64,000 bases of DNA from Camelus dromedarius (GCF_036321535.1 NC_087436.1:59460001-59524000), one strand, 5' to 3'; shown: positions 37,821-52,539, counted from the first letter of the stretch. Program-made: numbers and translations. Notes: generated by a model from the letters alone, not told the origin.

Positions 37821-39989
37821 CTTGTAAAGTGTAATTCATTCACTTAATATTGATTTATAAGCACAAAGATCTTTGAGTTCCTTTACTGTCTGTCAATTCC
37901 AAGAAATGAAAAAAGTAGGGATATTTTATTTTTTTTTTACTGAGTCCTTAAAAATCTCTTGATCTCAGAATTGAACTGTAAATCAGGTACATCTTAGTGG
38001 CAAACCATAGCCACTGAAGCATTGAATAATTCTAGTTATAAAGGAAGAGTTATCTTTGTCTCAGCTTTTATATCTCAAAGAAGAATGTCATATTAGACAA
38101 TATATATTTCTCCCCCAAATTGTGTCATCACTGAGGTTATAAAAGAATTTCTTATTCTACAGAACTCTGTATCAACTGAGAATGGGATAGCTAAATTTGA
38201 ACAAAAATGGAAACAGTCTATTCTGAATGTTGAACAATAAATGAAACATGCAAATGGAAGTAGTTTTGCAGAAAAAGCACTAAAGATAATTGGTAATCAT
38301 AATTTGTTTCTTAGTGAAGATTTTTTAATTGATTCACAAAGCTATAAAAGAAATATAGCTATCTTCTGTAATTTTGAATGATATAAAATATTAGATTTTA
38401 AGAAAACAATGTTACTTCAACACATTTTGTTAACTCATATTTCCAAGAACAGCACACTTTCTTCAATTTTAGTTGTATTCTTACAACTCATATTTTTCTT
38501 ATTTTCTCTCTTTGGAAAACAGTTCTCTCCAGTTGTCTGCTGGATCCGGGAGAAATAACAGGGAGTTTTCATAACTTAAGCAATACCCTAGGTCTAAAAT
38601 AATCTGCATAATACTAATTCAGTTATAAATGGACAGAGAAATCAATGGTGATTTTTATTTTGTTCCACTTACAATAATGCCTGTGCTAATATTCCAGGTA
38701 GACAAGTTATTCTGAAATACAGAGTATCATCAATTTCATCCTTTGAATTTTCTTCCTTTTAGGGCTCAACTTTTCAAACAACTTTCAACTTCAAGTAGAA
38801 ATATGTAATTTGTCATGGGATAAACAATGAAAAGTCTATCCAATCATACTAGCAAAGGCATAAAATCTATTTGTCAGAACCAAATAATCACTTTCTCTAG
38901 GAATATTATGTGCTCAAGTGACACTTTACATAAATAGAAAATCTTCAATTATTATTTTAAATGATTAAAACATATAAAGTAGGCTTGGGGAAATAGGATT
39001 TAACTAAACATTTTATTTTCAATCTACCTTTTACAAGTATCTCTTTATTAATTATGTTTTTTAAGTATTAGAAGCTCATAATAAGCTATAATTTCCTATT
39101 TATTGTTTCTGGCAAAGAAGATTGGAAACACTGTAGTCCAACAAAGTAAGACAGTGAAGCATTCTAGATCACAGAACAGACAGGCTGTAAGGCATGCCCA
39201 TGATTTTCTTGAGAATGACACATTTGAAAATCCACTATTTCAATAATTTGAAATGTCCACTCTTTCCTAACCATACGTCTATCAGAATCTATTTAGTTGT
39301 CCTTGCAATTCCCCAGCAAAATTAGGATTTTAAAAGTATCATTGGCATGGTCAAATATAATCAACTGAAAATTTTCCAAACTACAACCATGGACTTTTCT
39401 AGTAAAGGAATGAATATGTCTATAATGATTTTTGGTCATATTTCAAAGGAATGCTTCCAGAAATTATTAAAAATATTCATTTTCTCTCAGAAGTTTAAGA
39501 AATATTTTTGATATGTCTTATAAGGATATAAAATTATTTATTTAAAGTGTTCAAGTGTACCAGTATTAATCTTATCTTCAGATTTGAAGGTGAAGAAGGC
39601 AGCATGATCTCTACTTACTTTGTTCATCATTTTGGGAGCTCTGAGCTCTGTAAATTATGTAAAAGTGACTCCTGATCATTACACACCTGCATATCATTTC
39701 CATCCCATCAGTGGTTCTGTAATCTCTGACTTCCACCAGCACAGTCACAAGCCAAAAGTTCTAATCACCATTGTCTCTCACCTGAGCTCGCTACATTCAG
39801 TATAATTTCTGAAATTAAATGTTGAATCCTGATTTAGATATCTAATCATAATAATTAGTTTTCTTCACCCATGATAAAAAGTCCTGTATCAAGTGTGTTC
39901 ATATTGGTGATATCAGATATCCAGAATATGGATGGTCGAGTATTTTGGAGGTAGGGTAGAAATAAAGACATCTTGCCATTGAGAATTTA

Positions 39990-40041
39990 TGTGTACACAA
40001 ACACACATGTACACACATACACAAGTACACATGCACACACA
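39990..40041. repeat. Degenerate (CA)n microsatellite
   Basis: GTACACAAACACACATGTACACACATACACAAGTACACATGCACACACA. Confidence 0.75.
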
Positions 40042-41519
40042 GCTGAATCTTTAATAAGTTAACAAAGACTATACTTTGGAAAATATAATACTATTTAAAA
40101 TAACAAAAGTATACAATGTTTTAAGAAAAATGATAGAACCTGGTTTTATCCACATTTAACAATAAAAGCACTGCATAGAACAAAAATTCCTTAAGAAAAG
40201 GAATATAATCATTTATCTATGTGTCATACCCAGTGAAATTTCACTGAGGTTTTTCTATGAGTTACAAGGTTCCACTAGAGGCAGGAAGTTCACTTACAAT
40301 CAGATAGGAATACAGTTATATAATCACAGTTTACACAGTATTTCACTGATCTCCCTTTTTAAACAACCTTGTTATTATCTATTAAGATCAGCACTCTCAA
40401 TCTATATGCACAGTAAGCATGTATAAATATACAAAAAAATGTAACTGGGTTTTTTTAAATACAACTAATACCTATTTTCAAATATTTCACAATACAAGCA
40501 ATTTAGGAGCTGTTTACCTCTATTTTCTTCAGAAAAGTAATTTATATTTTAATCACTTCTTAATTTATATTTTTATACAGCATGCAGTGTTCAAACCTGG
40601 CCTTCCTGTCTAGCAATTAGCTTTTTAATAATACTTACCACTTAGCTAAATAGCATATTACTGCCTGCTTCAATTTTCCATGCATACTCTAACCATTGTC
40701 ATTATCTCAAATAGGTAAATAGAACATTTTAAACGACACATCTTAAATTTTCTTATAAATATTTGGTAACAGGCCCTTAGTATCACATCCATCAATACCT
40801 ACTGGGAACATCTGTCATTTGAACTAAGACAAATTAATTCATCTGAAAAAGTAATCATTGTCATTAAGTCTTCATCAATCACAATAGCATTAGGATGAAA
40901 AATTCTAAGAGAATATTTTTTAAGAGTTTTCCAAATCCACACATTTCAATTTAATGTAATCAGAAGTAAATTATACACCTTTGTAGTGCACAGAAGGAAC
41001 ACAACAAATAGAAATCAGAAAGATTTCTGTCACATTTCATAAGCAAGAGAGATTAGGAAGCTCTTATTAAGTAATTATACTCTTGTTTACAGATCACTTA
41101 CCACTGAGACTCGACAGAACAGTATTCACAACACATTTCACCTGTCTGGCACCTCACTGAAGTTTCTTACCATAGAATATATTAAACTTTATAATCATGA
41201 AGAAAATTAAGGTGAGTGTTAGGCTGGCTAGAAGTGTGCCCAAGTAACGCAGTATTGCCCAGATACGAAGTGAAGTGGTTGTTTTGAATTTTAATAGTCG
41301 ATTTTCACTTTCTATTCCTGGATTGGGGGTTCTCAAGTGCAGTCCTTACTGGATTGTCATTAATTTGACCATCTTACCTCCTTCACAATTATTCCATTAA
41401 CCTCAGGAAGAAGGTCCAAATCAAGGTTGTCCCCTCTATGTAAATGTATATATAAAACTGTAGGTCATTAAAAATTTGCACCCATAGTGCACTTGTAATA
41501 AAAATAAAAGCAGAGCAAA

Positions 41520-41872
41520 GGAAAAATATAAGCAATAAAATTTAATAGCAACTCTTTTTAATAAAAACCAGTCATTAGGCTTTTAAAAACACCATGAAAA
41601 ACTACAGAATCTTAATTTAAAAAACGAATTTTGCCACCATTTAGCAATGCCACTTCAGAGGTACACAGACTTAACGTTTCCTTTCTTTGGACACACAATT
41701 GCTCTTGGATTAGGATACAGCAGTGAGAAGCTGAGTGATACGATCCAAACTGCAAGTCCTCAAAAGCAAAGAATCAGGAGAAACAAATTGTGGCAGTTCT
41801 GCCTGGGTGTGAACTTCCACTTAGGAGGTGATGAGTTAGGTTCTTTCTCTACGTAGATCCATTCTGGTCCAT
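41520..41872 (-). other. Candidate 3'-terminal exon of an unidentified minus-strand transcript
   Basis: Acceptor aactactttcacttag|ATGG at 41872. Two ATTAAA signals on the minus strand (41557-41562, 41541-41546) followed by a strongly U-rich stretch. No recognisable repeat here. Confidence 0.25.
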
Positions 41873-42640
41873 CTAAGTGAAAGTAGTTACTCTCACAAAC
41901 CTATAAATGGCTCTGAGGTCTTCCTTACATGCTCCATATTTTTTTTCCCACTCAGCCTAAACTGATGACCATGTCCTTTCTACCTTGCTCTCCTACAGCA
42001 TGAAAAATATCTTAAGATTTACCTATATTTCACCTTTTCCAGCTCTTTTGCCAATGTAAGCCTACTACTATGTGTCCCTCAAAAGGAATAGATATGTTCA
42101 GATGGAAAACAGCAAATAAATGGAAAAAGACCCTAAATGACAAATTGATTAGGAACTAAAATGTCAAATACTAAATACACACAACTGGAAATTAAAAGAG
42201 CAAGGAAAGAAGGGGCAGATACTATACAGTTAATTAAGAAGAAATATGTTTTTACAGAAAGAAGCTACAGATAGGGAGGAGGGTAAGATTTACCATCTTA
42301 TTTTATAAGACAAAGTATTGCACTTTAGCTGAAAAATTATTATATAAATATCACCAAAATTAAAATTACCTTTTGAGCAACAAGAAAATACTGTTTTACT
42401 GAATTAAATATTCCACCATCTTCCTACACCCAACAACCAGAGTCATTAACATTTACACATTTAGCCTGGAAAGAATTTTAACCAAGGTGAGGTTAAGTCT
42501 GCACATTAGAATAAGAAAATAATAATATGCATCATGTATACAATACAGTATTATGTTTGGTGCTTTTGAAAGTCTGCCTTCTTGAAAAAACATTCAGGAT
42601 AGACAATAATTAAAGAAAGTTTTAGAATCACTAGTCTTAC

Positions 42641-42689
42641 CTTCACACCACCTAATAACGTATGCCCACCTCGTCGCATATGACAGTAG
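42641..42689 (-). other. Candidate 49-nt exon
   Basis: ctatcctgtctgaag|CTACTG...GTGTGAAG|gtaaga. Strong donor but weak AAG acceptor. Three CpGs within about 20 bp in an otherwise CpG-depleted region. Confidence 0.3.
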
Positions 42690-43101
42690 CTTCAGACAGG
42701 ATAGAATGCCAGATGCCATAAAATGTTCCATTGTTAGAATTATGCTAATTTCTCAGTAAATTATTTTAAAATATTGCATGTTGTATTTGCTTAAAAAGGA
42801 AATGTCCACTCTAGAGCACCCAACTATTATAAAATCCATTTTAACAAAAACAACTCTTGCCTAACAACAGACATGATATTTTCTTCAGTTTCAGAGAAGC
42901 AAGCACAAGTAATATGTCTGCATAAACATGGGTAAAATATGGCTTGGCCAGAGTGAATAGAATGTATGTTATCAAAATTCCTTTTAACACCTCCCCATAG
43001 TATTGAACACCATCAGCATCAGTCAACATCACCAACCAAATCACTGCGACATTGTATCCATTTTCTTTTCTTCCCCATCCCTCTCCCTTAGACTTTCTTA
43101 C

Positions 43102-43146
43102 CTCTCTCCCGCCTTGTACTGCCTCCAGTCTTTTCTGGTTCAAACC
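43102..43146 (-). other. Candidate 45-nt exon
   Basis: Branch-like tactaat, then cattttcgtttttttttctttcag|GGTTTG...GAGAGAG|gtaaga. Very strong acceptor and donor, purine-rich body, length divisible by 3. Confidence 0.4.
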
Positions 43147-44599
43147 CTGAAAGAAAAAAAACGAAAATGTTACTGTTGGCAAGAAATAACCAATAATTAG
43201 TACTAATGCAAAATTTTTGAAGTGAAAGAGAATTCATTTAACAAAGAAGATTTGAATGTAGATGAATGTATGACCCATTTTTTTCTAGGAGAATGGTTTA
43301 TAATAAGGGCTGTACATAAAATTTAGACAACAGGTTATATACAAAATTAAGAGAACACACCACTCAAAAGAAAATGAAATGAAGGTAGATAGCTGATCAG
43401 TAGTGATACTAAAATCATGTTTAAAATTAACAAAAGCAAACTGCATATGCATCAATCACATTGATTTGGTAGCAATAATGGTCTTTAATTTTCAGAAATA
43501 ACATTTACTATGCTGTTGTAAGTCTGTAACAGCCAGTTACATATAATAATATATGTAAGAAAAAGACACGAATTTGAAATCCAAACACATCCTCAGTACA
43601 CAGAAACCCACAGTTGAGTGCTCTACTTTAATATCCTAGGCAATATAGAGTAATACACACGATGAGAAAACTTCCCTCTAACCTGCCCTTAAATTAAGAG
43701 GAGACACACAAAGTATACATGTTGCATTTCAATTATGTCAAAAGAAAATACAAATCCATTGGTCAGGCATATCCTTGTTCAATGATTAATACGTGCCCAC
43801 CTTTTTTTCTCAATTATTTTATTTTAAAGTCTTTTTTATGTTGCTTGTGCCAGTAATGGATTAAATAGTGCCTAGCCAAATATCTATCAATATTTATATC
43901 TAAGTCTTCAAAGGTGGTACCAATGCACTTTGTGCTAAATCCCAAGACCATGAATAAAAATACAATGTAAAGCATTTTTTTTAGTAATGACTGTCCCTTG
44001 GTGAAACCACAGTCTAAAAGATACTGTTTAAAACTGAAGTAGTATGTATAGGATATGTTGATAGAAAGTTCTTTGTCTACTGCATTGCCCCTGGCACATC
44101 TTGGGGCCCCAGTATAAGTAAACTGATAAAAAGCAGCAGCTTCCTTTGCAGCACTGGTGATCATCCGGGAAACGTTCAGGATTTTATCTCCTGATGAAGG
44201 ACTTCCTCTGTATTCTATTATCATAACAGCTTTCTACACTAAAAGAGGAGGGATTCACTTTAAGTCCCCAATAAACACCATGCATAATTAAATGGTAGAA
44301 GGGTTCATCTTTTTCTTAGCAGACCTATTGCAAAATATGCTTGCTGTATAAGAGTCCGGCTGTCTATCTATCGTTCCTGGAAATATTGCTACTTAGAAAG
44401 CAAAATAATGGAAGCTTTTTTGCCTCCTCTAAATACAATAAAAGCTTCAATTCCTATTAATTTTCCTACTATAGTAGCTTAGTATGTTGAGGAACTGCAT
44501 GAAAACTGCAATAAAATGTGATCTCACAGTACCTAATTCTTCCTTTCTGCCTTCTTTTTCCTCTTATTCTCTTTCCCTCCTTCTCTAAACCACTTACTT

Positions 44600-45190
44600 T
44601 AGTTATTTTACAATACATATTTGTGCTATATGTACTATGGCATTTGTACCAGACACCATGCTAGATATTGCAGATATAAATAACATAGTCCTCAAGTTTA
44701 GATCATTGATTAAACACACAAAGGTTAAGATAAAACTTCAGGAGAATGATGTCAGGTATATAAAAATTTCTCTGAGCATAGGAAGAAAGAGGCTCATTGA
44801 GGCAGCAAACAGGCAGAAGCATCAAGGATCACACAGGAGGATCACATAGGGGAATCACATCGTAACAGTCCTAGAGGCAGAGGAAGGAACACAGAAGGAG
44901 AACAGCACTCAGTGCTCTGGAGACCTGGCGTCGCAGCAAGTCATCACGTGGGAACTCATCAGAAATGCTGACTCCACCCAATACCAGCTGAACAAGAATA
45001 TATATTTTAACAAAGTTTCCAGGCAATTCATATGCACATTAGAGTTTGAGAGGCACTGCACTAAGAGGTCTAGGAAAGGCAAGTGGTTTAGGTGGCATAT
45101 ATTGTGACTCGGGCAAAAAGGAGTAGCTGGAAAGTAAGGCTGAAAATGTGACCAAATGGGGAAGTCTTTCAAGAGAAGGAGTTTGTACTA
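44600..45190 (-). mobile_element. L2 3' remnant containing a nested MER5A
   Basis: TTTGTACCAGACACCATGCTAGATATTGCAGATATAAAT...AGTCCTCAAG (L2 end) and a purine-rich L2 body on both sides of the MER5A. Confidence 0.55.
44905..45058. mobile_element. MER5A-like hAT MITE
   Basis: CATCACGTGGGAACTCATCAGAAATGC...ATTTTAACAAAGTTTCCAGGCAATTCATATGCACATTAGAGTTTGAGAGGCACTG is a typical MER5A body and terminus. Confidence 0.8.
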
Positions 45191-46174
45191 TTGTTTAAGT
45201 GAATGCTTACTTTGATAGCAGTTTTGAAAACTGAGGGTAAAATTTTAAAATATCAAATAGAGACATAAATGAGAACTCTCATATTCTCATAATTGAGTCA
45301 AAACCAATAATTCATTCTCCCTTTTTTTAGAAACACTGCCTGAAGAAAAACGGAAAAAATACAAATAAATATTGGGATTTATCTTTATCACAACCTTTTT
45401 CACCTGCCTTTAAATTATTTGACAGAGCTTTAAAAAACTTGACTTTTCACATTATTATGAATAATTTTGACAAAGTATTTTTCTATTGCTGATGAAAATC
45501 TGAATAGCAGAACTCCTTAACTATATATTCTGCATTATCACTATTTTTCTTACATCTGGTAAGAAAAATACCCTGTAAGAAAGATATAGTAGACTTAATT
45601 ATTATATCTCTAGCTTTATATTTTGGAATTTAAGGAAAGATTTTTTACTGTTTTTATTGTTGCCTTAAGCAGCACAGAGTGTAATCACTTATTAAGTATT
45701 CATAGTTATAAGAAAATATTTGTAGGGTCCATTTTTTTTCATTTGGTGATAGCATTTATGTTTAAAAAGGCAAAATTTTTATAATATCTTAACAGAAACT
45801 AGACTGTTTATGTTTAAAAGGTTTTTTAAGTGGTTTTTAAATTTTTATCTCATACATAAAACATTAGAGTTGGTTAGAGAAAACAGTTGCAAAAAATATT
45901 AACTAAGGCCATTTTGTTTTTAAAAATAGACCATTGCTTTACTGAATCTAGAAAAGGCTCTAGAATCAACCCGGCAGTTATTCCTGTAAATAAATGGCAG
46001 TCTGATTTCTGAGTATAGAAAATTATGTACATATACAGGATGTATTTTGAAGAGTCTAAATTTCATATGAAACTAAGATGTAAAACAAAATATTAGAACA
46101 TTTCCTAAACCTGGTAGTGTAGGCTAAAAATAAATTGTAAATGGTGTCCATGCCCCTAACTTTTAGGATATGGG

Positions 46175-46410
46175 AAATAGTATAATGGTGTGCTTTTGAA
46201 TTCAGATGATTGAGAGCTTATAGCTTCAGTGTGGCATATTATTTTGTGTTCTAACAAATAATATAGTATTTCTCAACCTCATCTTTTTTACTTGAAAAAT
46301 AATAATACAGTAACTCATGTGGTTGCTATAAAGATAAAACTGGACAGTATGTGCATAGCACTTAGCAAAGGGCCAGGCACAGGGTATCCTAAAACAGTAA
46401 TTATTATCTC
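46175..46410 (+). mobile_element. MIR remnant
   Basis: AATAATAATACAGTAACTCATGTGGTTGCTATAAAGATAAAAC...GCACTTAGCAAAGGGCCAGGCACAG. Confidence 0.7.
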
Positions 46411-46539
46411 CTCTTCTTATACTAATTTTTATTATCATTATTATACATATATAATGTGTAAATATAAGATCAATTAGAACAAAATACTTTGGGTTTGTGC
46501 CTTTCATTTGAAGAATACAAATTATGTTTTTCTTTAATT

Positions 46540-47468
46540 CCTCAATGCATTTATATTTGCAATGGTGTTCTGAACTTCTTGTCTGTTAATTCTATCATCT
46601 GTCATTTCCAAGTCTGTTTCTATTGACTGAATTATTTCCTGGTTATAAGTCACATTTTCCTATTTTTTTCTTATAGCCAATAATGTTTCTATTGGTTGCC
46701 AGATATTGTGATTTTTATTTTGTTTAGTGCTAGACACTAAATAAATTTTGTTTATTACCTTAGAAAGAGTTAGGATTGTTTCTGGCAGATGGTTAACTTG
46801 TGGTTCACACTGACCACTCTGAGGCTTGTTTCAGAAAAAATTTAGGGTGAGTTTGAAGTAGTGTTTAGAATTATTTATCTGTTACTGAGCTTGACCCTTT
46901 CTTGCTCTCTACTGAATATCCCATTTATTCAGTGAAGGACTCACTACTCTGACTAATGGGAATTCAAAAGATTCTCAGGCCAGTGAAAGCTCTGGGAATT
47001 CTATTTCAAGTTATCTGGTAATCTTAACCTTTTCCTACTCTTGTCAAATTTCACTCTACACATGTGAAGACTGTTATTCAAACAAAATTCTCAGGGTAAC
47101 ACCTATGCAGATATCTAGAGATCTTCTTTGTGTTTTTTCCTCCTTTCTGGTAATCAGCCCTGCAAATCCAAGCTGCCTGTTCTCTCCAAACTCAGATCTT
47201 TGACTCCTCAACCATAAAATGTAAAGACCGTGAAGTTCTGTCTGGGTTGTCTCTCCATGTACCAAGGTCCAAAAATTGCCTGCAGGCAGGAATCCAAGTA
47301 TCGCAAGGCTCTCTTTATTTCTTTCCTTTTTCAGAGGTATTATAGTGCATCCCTGTCTGTCTTTTAATGTGAGAGAATGATTTCATATGTTTTGCCTAGT
47401 CTTCTAACGATTACAGCTGGAGGGTAAGTCTTACAGCCATTTCTCCCTCACATATAGAAGCAGAACTC
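46540..47468 (-). mobile_element. Ancient L1M (L1ME-like) 5' region
   Basis: TTGTCTGTTAATTCTATCATCTG...CTGTTTCTATTGACTG...GTCACATTTTCC, and the terminus CAGAAGCAGAACTC, resemble antisense L1ME 5'-end sequence. Confidence 0.55.
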
Positions 47469-50400
47469 AAGGTAAGTATTTTAAGCTTACTTTTTCAAAG
47501 GAGGAAATTGAAACTTACAGAATTTAAATTATGTGATTCTGAGTACCAGAGTTAGTAAGTACAAAAACAAAACTTAAACCAATACTTTAAGAGCTGAGAT
47601 ACCAAGTTCATTGATTCATCCTTAGTCAAGTTTCTTTACGTTCCCACCAGTCCAGATGTTTAATGTCTTATGTACTTATGAACACAAATTTATCATAACG
47701 TGGAACTCATGCATGAGTCATGATGATTCTTCAAGGCAACACAGTGATTTAAGAGGAGTGAGATGTCAGGACTTTAAGAAGCATATTCGCTTGGATGGAA
47801 TAGGAGTTGGGGAATAAACCTGCCAGGGTAGATGTGATTTACTGTATACACTATATAAAAAGCTTCGCCCTAATTTAGGCACTGAATTATTGAAAGACCA
47901 ACCTAGAGGTTAAAGGACTGAGTCAGAGAACCGGATGGCAAGAAATTAGGAGCCATATGTGCAAAGAAAATAAACTAAGATTTCCATATGCTAACAAGGC
48001 TTTAGGCAAGGATGTATTTCAGTGGAGAAGTCAAAAGATCTAGTGTATAATAAGATTCACTAATGATTCTTGAGATGTGAAGTCCTAATTGATGGCAGAA
48101 GTTAGTTTGAGTCCTAGAGTGAATCTAAACCCTCAAGTTGGTAGGTCAGGTGACTTGAGTGAGGAAATCTGTTAGGGAGATGTATCAACAGTGAATTCTA
48201 GTTTCTACTAGGAAAACTACAGCAATCTTGATTTTTGTTGACTCTTACTGAGAGTAAATTAGTCAATCTTCTTTGAGAGATCAGACTGTAACATCAGCCT
48301 GATTAACCAAGAAACAACAATGAAGACAGAAATTTTTCAAAAGAAATATGAATCTCAAGGAAACCAAGCCCCTTGGTAGTGTTTACTTACGTATATACCA
48401 CACAACTTTCACATTTTAAAATGAAAAAGTACTTGGAATTTTCATATTGTGTAATTGCCACTAAGAAAGAAAGAAGTGTTTAAATTCTATTCACTGAGAC
48501 AATCTGACTCTCAGAAAGACCTGATGTAGACAGAAACAGTAAAATTACTTATGTATATGTAAATATGCATGTATATTGGTTGACTCAAAATTAATACAAG
48601 ATTTACAAAATTTTAATTAATATAAAAATCTGCTTCATTATTCTCAAGTAGTAAAGATAATATTTATCTAGCATAACTTCAGAAAATCATATTTTAAAAT
48701 ATTCTGGGGAACCACAGTTGAGGAAAATATATTTTCCTTATTTTACATATATTGTCACTGGAGAGTATAATTTGTCTTGATCAAAATTAAGAACATGAAA
48801 CCAAACCAAAAAGCTATAAATTGTAGGTATAAAAAAATTACCCCAAAGCAAATGTTCTATAGCATGCTAAATTAAGATAGTTTACTAAGCATTAAAAGAA
48901 AAAAAGCTATTAACTGAAAAAAAAATAGAATTTTCTACCTTTCTACCAAAGTCTCTCTTGCAGAACAGCATTCAGACATCTGTGTGAACACCCTCAGTAA
49001 CTGTGCTAGGGTATGAAGTCATCTCTGTCTAAAGTATACCAAAGAGGCAAGATAGTAATGATTACAAAGTCCTCCCAAACTGCTACTATGTTGTGAAGAT
49101 TATCCATGCGTCCCTGTAAACAGAGTCAGAAATAAAGTATCCAATACCCCTAGATTTGGTCGCTTTATTTTTCCAATATGGAAAACTAGAGAATGAACAG
49201 ATGGAATAGATATTTAATTTCCAACACTGTGGAGATTTTATTGTGATAATTTTTCTCAGCTGTAGAAAATAGTTAAGATTTAACTGGATAAAGCCAAAAT
49301 TAATTTTTAAAAAATCTTGAATAACTGTGTAACTTTTACATTAGCCTCAACTTTGGAGACACAAGAAAGAGCTTGAAGGAACTTCAAATAACTTGTTGTT
49401 CAACCTCTTCACTTGACAGATGAGGGGGCTTGCTGCAGGGAACTTAACCTATAAATGGCAGATTCGGGGCTTGAATTCTGGTCAGCTGGTCCTGAATCAG
49501 GACTATCTTTCTTCTACCAAATTGTTTGAGTAGCTCTGTTACAAACTATTGCTTTAACAGCTGTCTATTGGAGTATTTCTAAACCATTTTATGTTTGAGG
49601 CACCATAGCTATAAAATTGAGGCAATTTGTAAGAATAAGTGAGGTAACATGTAAGACACAACTCAGTGCCTAGTCCATAGTAAACTAATTTTTATTAGTA
49701 GTATCACGATGTTGCTGTTTGTGTTGATATTATCCAAATGAAAACTAATTATTAATGCAGGTATAAAACTAACTAGTATTTTGTGGGTGTTATCTATGTG
49801 TCTAGCACTGCTCCAAATGTCTCACCCGGATTAATTCAATTCTTATAATACTTTTGCTATGTAATAGTTCAGCTTACATTGAGCTGAAATGAACATACCT
49901 TTTAGATGTTCTGTTCTGTTTGGAAACGGATTTATTTAGGAAAAAGACGACGTGTCACCTTAATTCTTGCTATTGTTAGTTTCATTTTGCAGCTATGGTG
50001 TATGGCCCAAAAGAATGCCAAGCATGTTTGTAAACACTTCTGTCCTTCCTGCTTCTTACCACTACATCTCTTCTTAAACAGGGGGCACCATTTTGGGGAG
50101 AAAAGCACATTTTTGGAAGATGAGGATCATGTTCAACTCTAGTTTTGGTTTACCTATCAAGAAAATGACATGGGGGTAGAAGGATATGGTGAGTTGTACT
50201 GGATGATCTTGGCAGAGCTTTAAAATTGAAGATCCCTGCTGTTTCAATTTTAAGACAGGAAGTTTGGTTTTCTTACAGGTTCTTGCTATGCATCTTTCTA
50301 TCTTGCATGGCTTCTTAGTGAGACTGATGAGACTGCTCAAGAAGCTAAGAAAACCCAAGCCAAGTCTGAACACAGCTTGACATACCAATTACCAATCTTA

Positions 50401-51189
50401 CTTGGTTCCTAAATTCTTGTTTTCTTATTCTGGATAACTATTTTTTCTCTTTCAGCTTGCTGCACAGACTTTAAATTCATTGTCAAGTTTCACTTCCATT
50501 GCTGATTTAAAAACTTTTTGTTGTATATATGGATTTCCAACCTTAGCCATATTTAGAATTCATTTTGTAAGTGATAGTATTGACATGTGTGACTAGTCAT
50601 AGGTTTACAGAACAGACTTAGCAATTCAGAAACTTTCCCAAGGCTGCTGAGCCTAACTCCAAGAATTCACTCTTACATATAATTTCCAGTCTTCCTTTAA
50701 AGTTAATGTACACAGTTTAAATATTCTTTGTGATTCCCTTATCCCTCTTTCAGCCATTATATTGGAAACCTTTTTTTCTTATACAATGTTAAAATTATAA
50801 ATCACAGGAGATTTGTACTTCACCTGTTTGAAAAGTCTACAGAGTTCAGAAGAATTTGAGCTAAAAGAGGAAGTGGAAACAGCCAAATGTAAAAATTTGT
50901 CAAACTCTGTTTTCCTTTTTGCAGTTAGTCACTCTAGTCATCTTTGAAATGCTGTAAAATGATATCTGTGATCCATTCACTGGAAGCTTTGAATTGCTGT
51001 TCATCTCCCTTTAGAAAAAACAAGATCCATCACTATTTTCAGGGACTCCACCAGTCTTCACTGCTGAAGTTCTGTCACCTCAAAAGTGAAAAAGCATCCC
51101 ATATTTTTAAAGTAATATTGTAACTACATCACAGGATACTTTAAAATGTCCACATATACATATTACAAAAATAGTATACAATTGTTGAA

Positions 51190-51420
51190 TTTTTATTAGG
51201 TGACAGGTACTATACTGAGCACCTTACGTGACTTATTTTTCATTCCTCACAATTACACTATCTTGCAGGTGCCATTATGAATTCCTATTTTTGTCATAGG
51301 GTTACTAAGGCAAAGGGAAGTGAATTAACTTGACTAAGGAGACACAGCTAGAAAGAGGTGGAGTTCATTACTGAACCCAGAGCATCTGATTACAGAGCTC
51401 ATTCTGCAACCACTACATCT
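51190..51420 (-). mobile_element. MIR remnant
   Basis: GTGAATTAACTTGACTAAGGAGACACAGCTAGAAAGAGGTGGAG...GAACCCAGAGCATCTGATTACAGAGC. Confidence 0.75.
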
Positions 51421-52539
51421 ACTACCACCAAGAGTAACTATGACTTTATGTTTTATGTATATTGAGATGAATATCTAATATGAATTAAATCAATATGCGT
51501 TTAATAAATGAATGACTGAGCAACCCATTAGAGGAGTAAGCCTAATTCCAGAATTATATTAAAGTCCACCTAAACCATGTCATTTTTACATATTGAAGTA
51601 GAAAGTGCAAGAGAAATTCCTGGTTTTGAATTCGTTTAGGATTTGAAAATAACGGTGGGAAAAAAAGTTAAAGTAAATGAGATTGGATTCCAGAGTTCCT
51701 GATTTCTTGGAAAGAAATGTAAAACTCAATTGAAATATTTCCTGGGGCAGACAAAGATTAAAAGAAAATTAATGTAACTATGCGGGCACAAATAGCATTT
51801 CTTAGAGTTTGTCTGTGATTATCGTTGCTCTAGGCTAACTAAAATATTAAACAAGTATAGTACTTCCATGCCTCCAGTTTTCTAGACATTCTCATCTTGG
51901 TATACTGCATAAGTTAAATTTCTTCTGCTCCAGGGACTTGGGTCCTCATATTTTATGAGCTTATATACAATGAAATTTGCCCTAAAACTAAAACATTTCC
52001 AGTCTTTCTGATGTTCACAGCTGGATGGTCACTTGTGATGAAGGTGCCTTTTCATTTCAGGTATGAAACTAATCAACAACAGAATTTCTACTAAGAGTTT
52101 GTGTAATATTATTTCTGACAACCTCTATGTGTGATTCTAATTCTTAATGCAAAACTGAAAAGACACAGTTTCAGAAAATAAGTAATCCTACTTTGCCTTT
52201 GCCTTTGCCTACATTGCCAATGAAAGGTGTACTGCTTTAGAATTCTCTCAGGGTGGTAAACATTAGTCCAGCTGTGAACTTAAACAGACATGAACAGGAT
52301 TCGTGTCTAATGTGTGGAATATGGCACTGTAAAATATTTGAAAATGTATTCCTTGGTTTTGGATTAATTTAGGATTTGGAAATAACTGTTTCAAATTCCA
52401 AGTAATCCAATTACTAAGCTAATTGAATCATTAATCTGTCTAGTAAGCTGTCTTTTATAAGCTTACTATGCAACATAAAAAGAGAATGTACTAAAGTGTT
52501 TCAAGCAAGAGGACTAATAGATGGAATATGTTTATCTAT

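Noticed and set aside
40231..40246. Perfect 16-bp palindrome CAGTGAAATTTCACTG
   Set aside because: About one such palindrome is expected by chance in 64 kb, and there is no supporting context.
41154..41336. ORF with a transmembrane-like stretch ending at ATG|gtaaga
   Set aside because: No good upstream acceptor, and the DNA looks like a degraded MIR-type repeat. Hydrophobic runs are expected from T-rich DNA.
43814..44224. 136-aa minus-strand ORF, the longest outside L1
   Set aside because: No recognisable domain and no convincing donor. The 3' half runs through AT-rich sequence, and this length can arise by chance. A tBLASTn would settle it.
52048..52066. Plus-strand ttttcatttcag|GTATGA and other plus-strand acceptor-like sites (about 50279, 50924)
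   Set aside because: No paired donors or coherent frame. They show the background rate of splice-like motifs.
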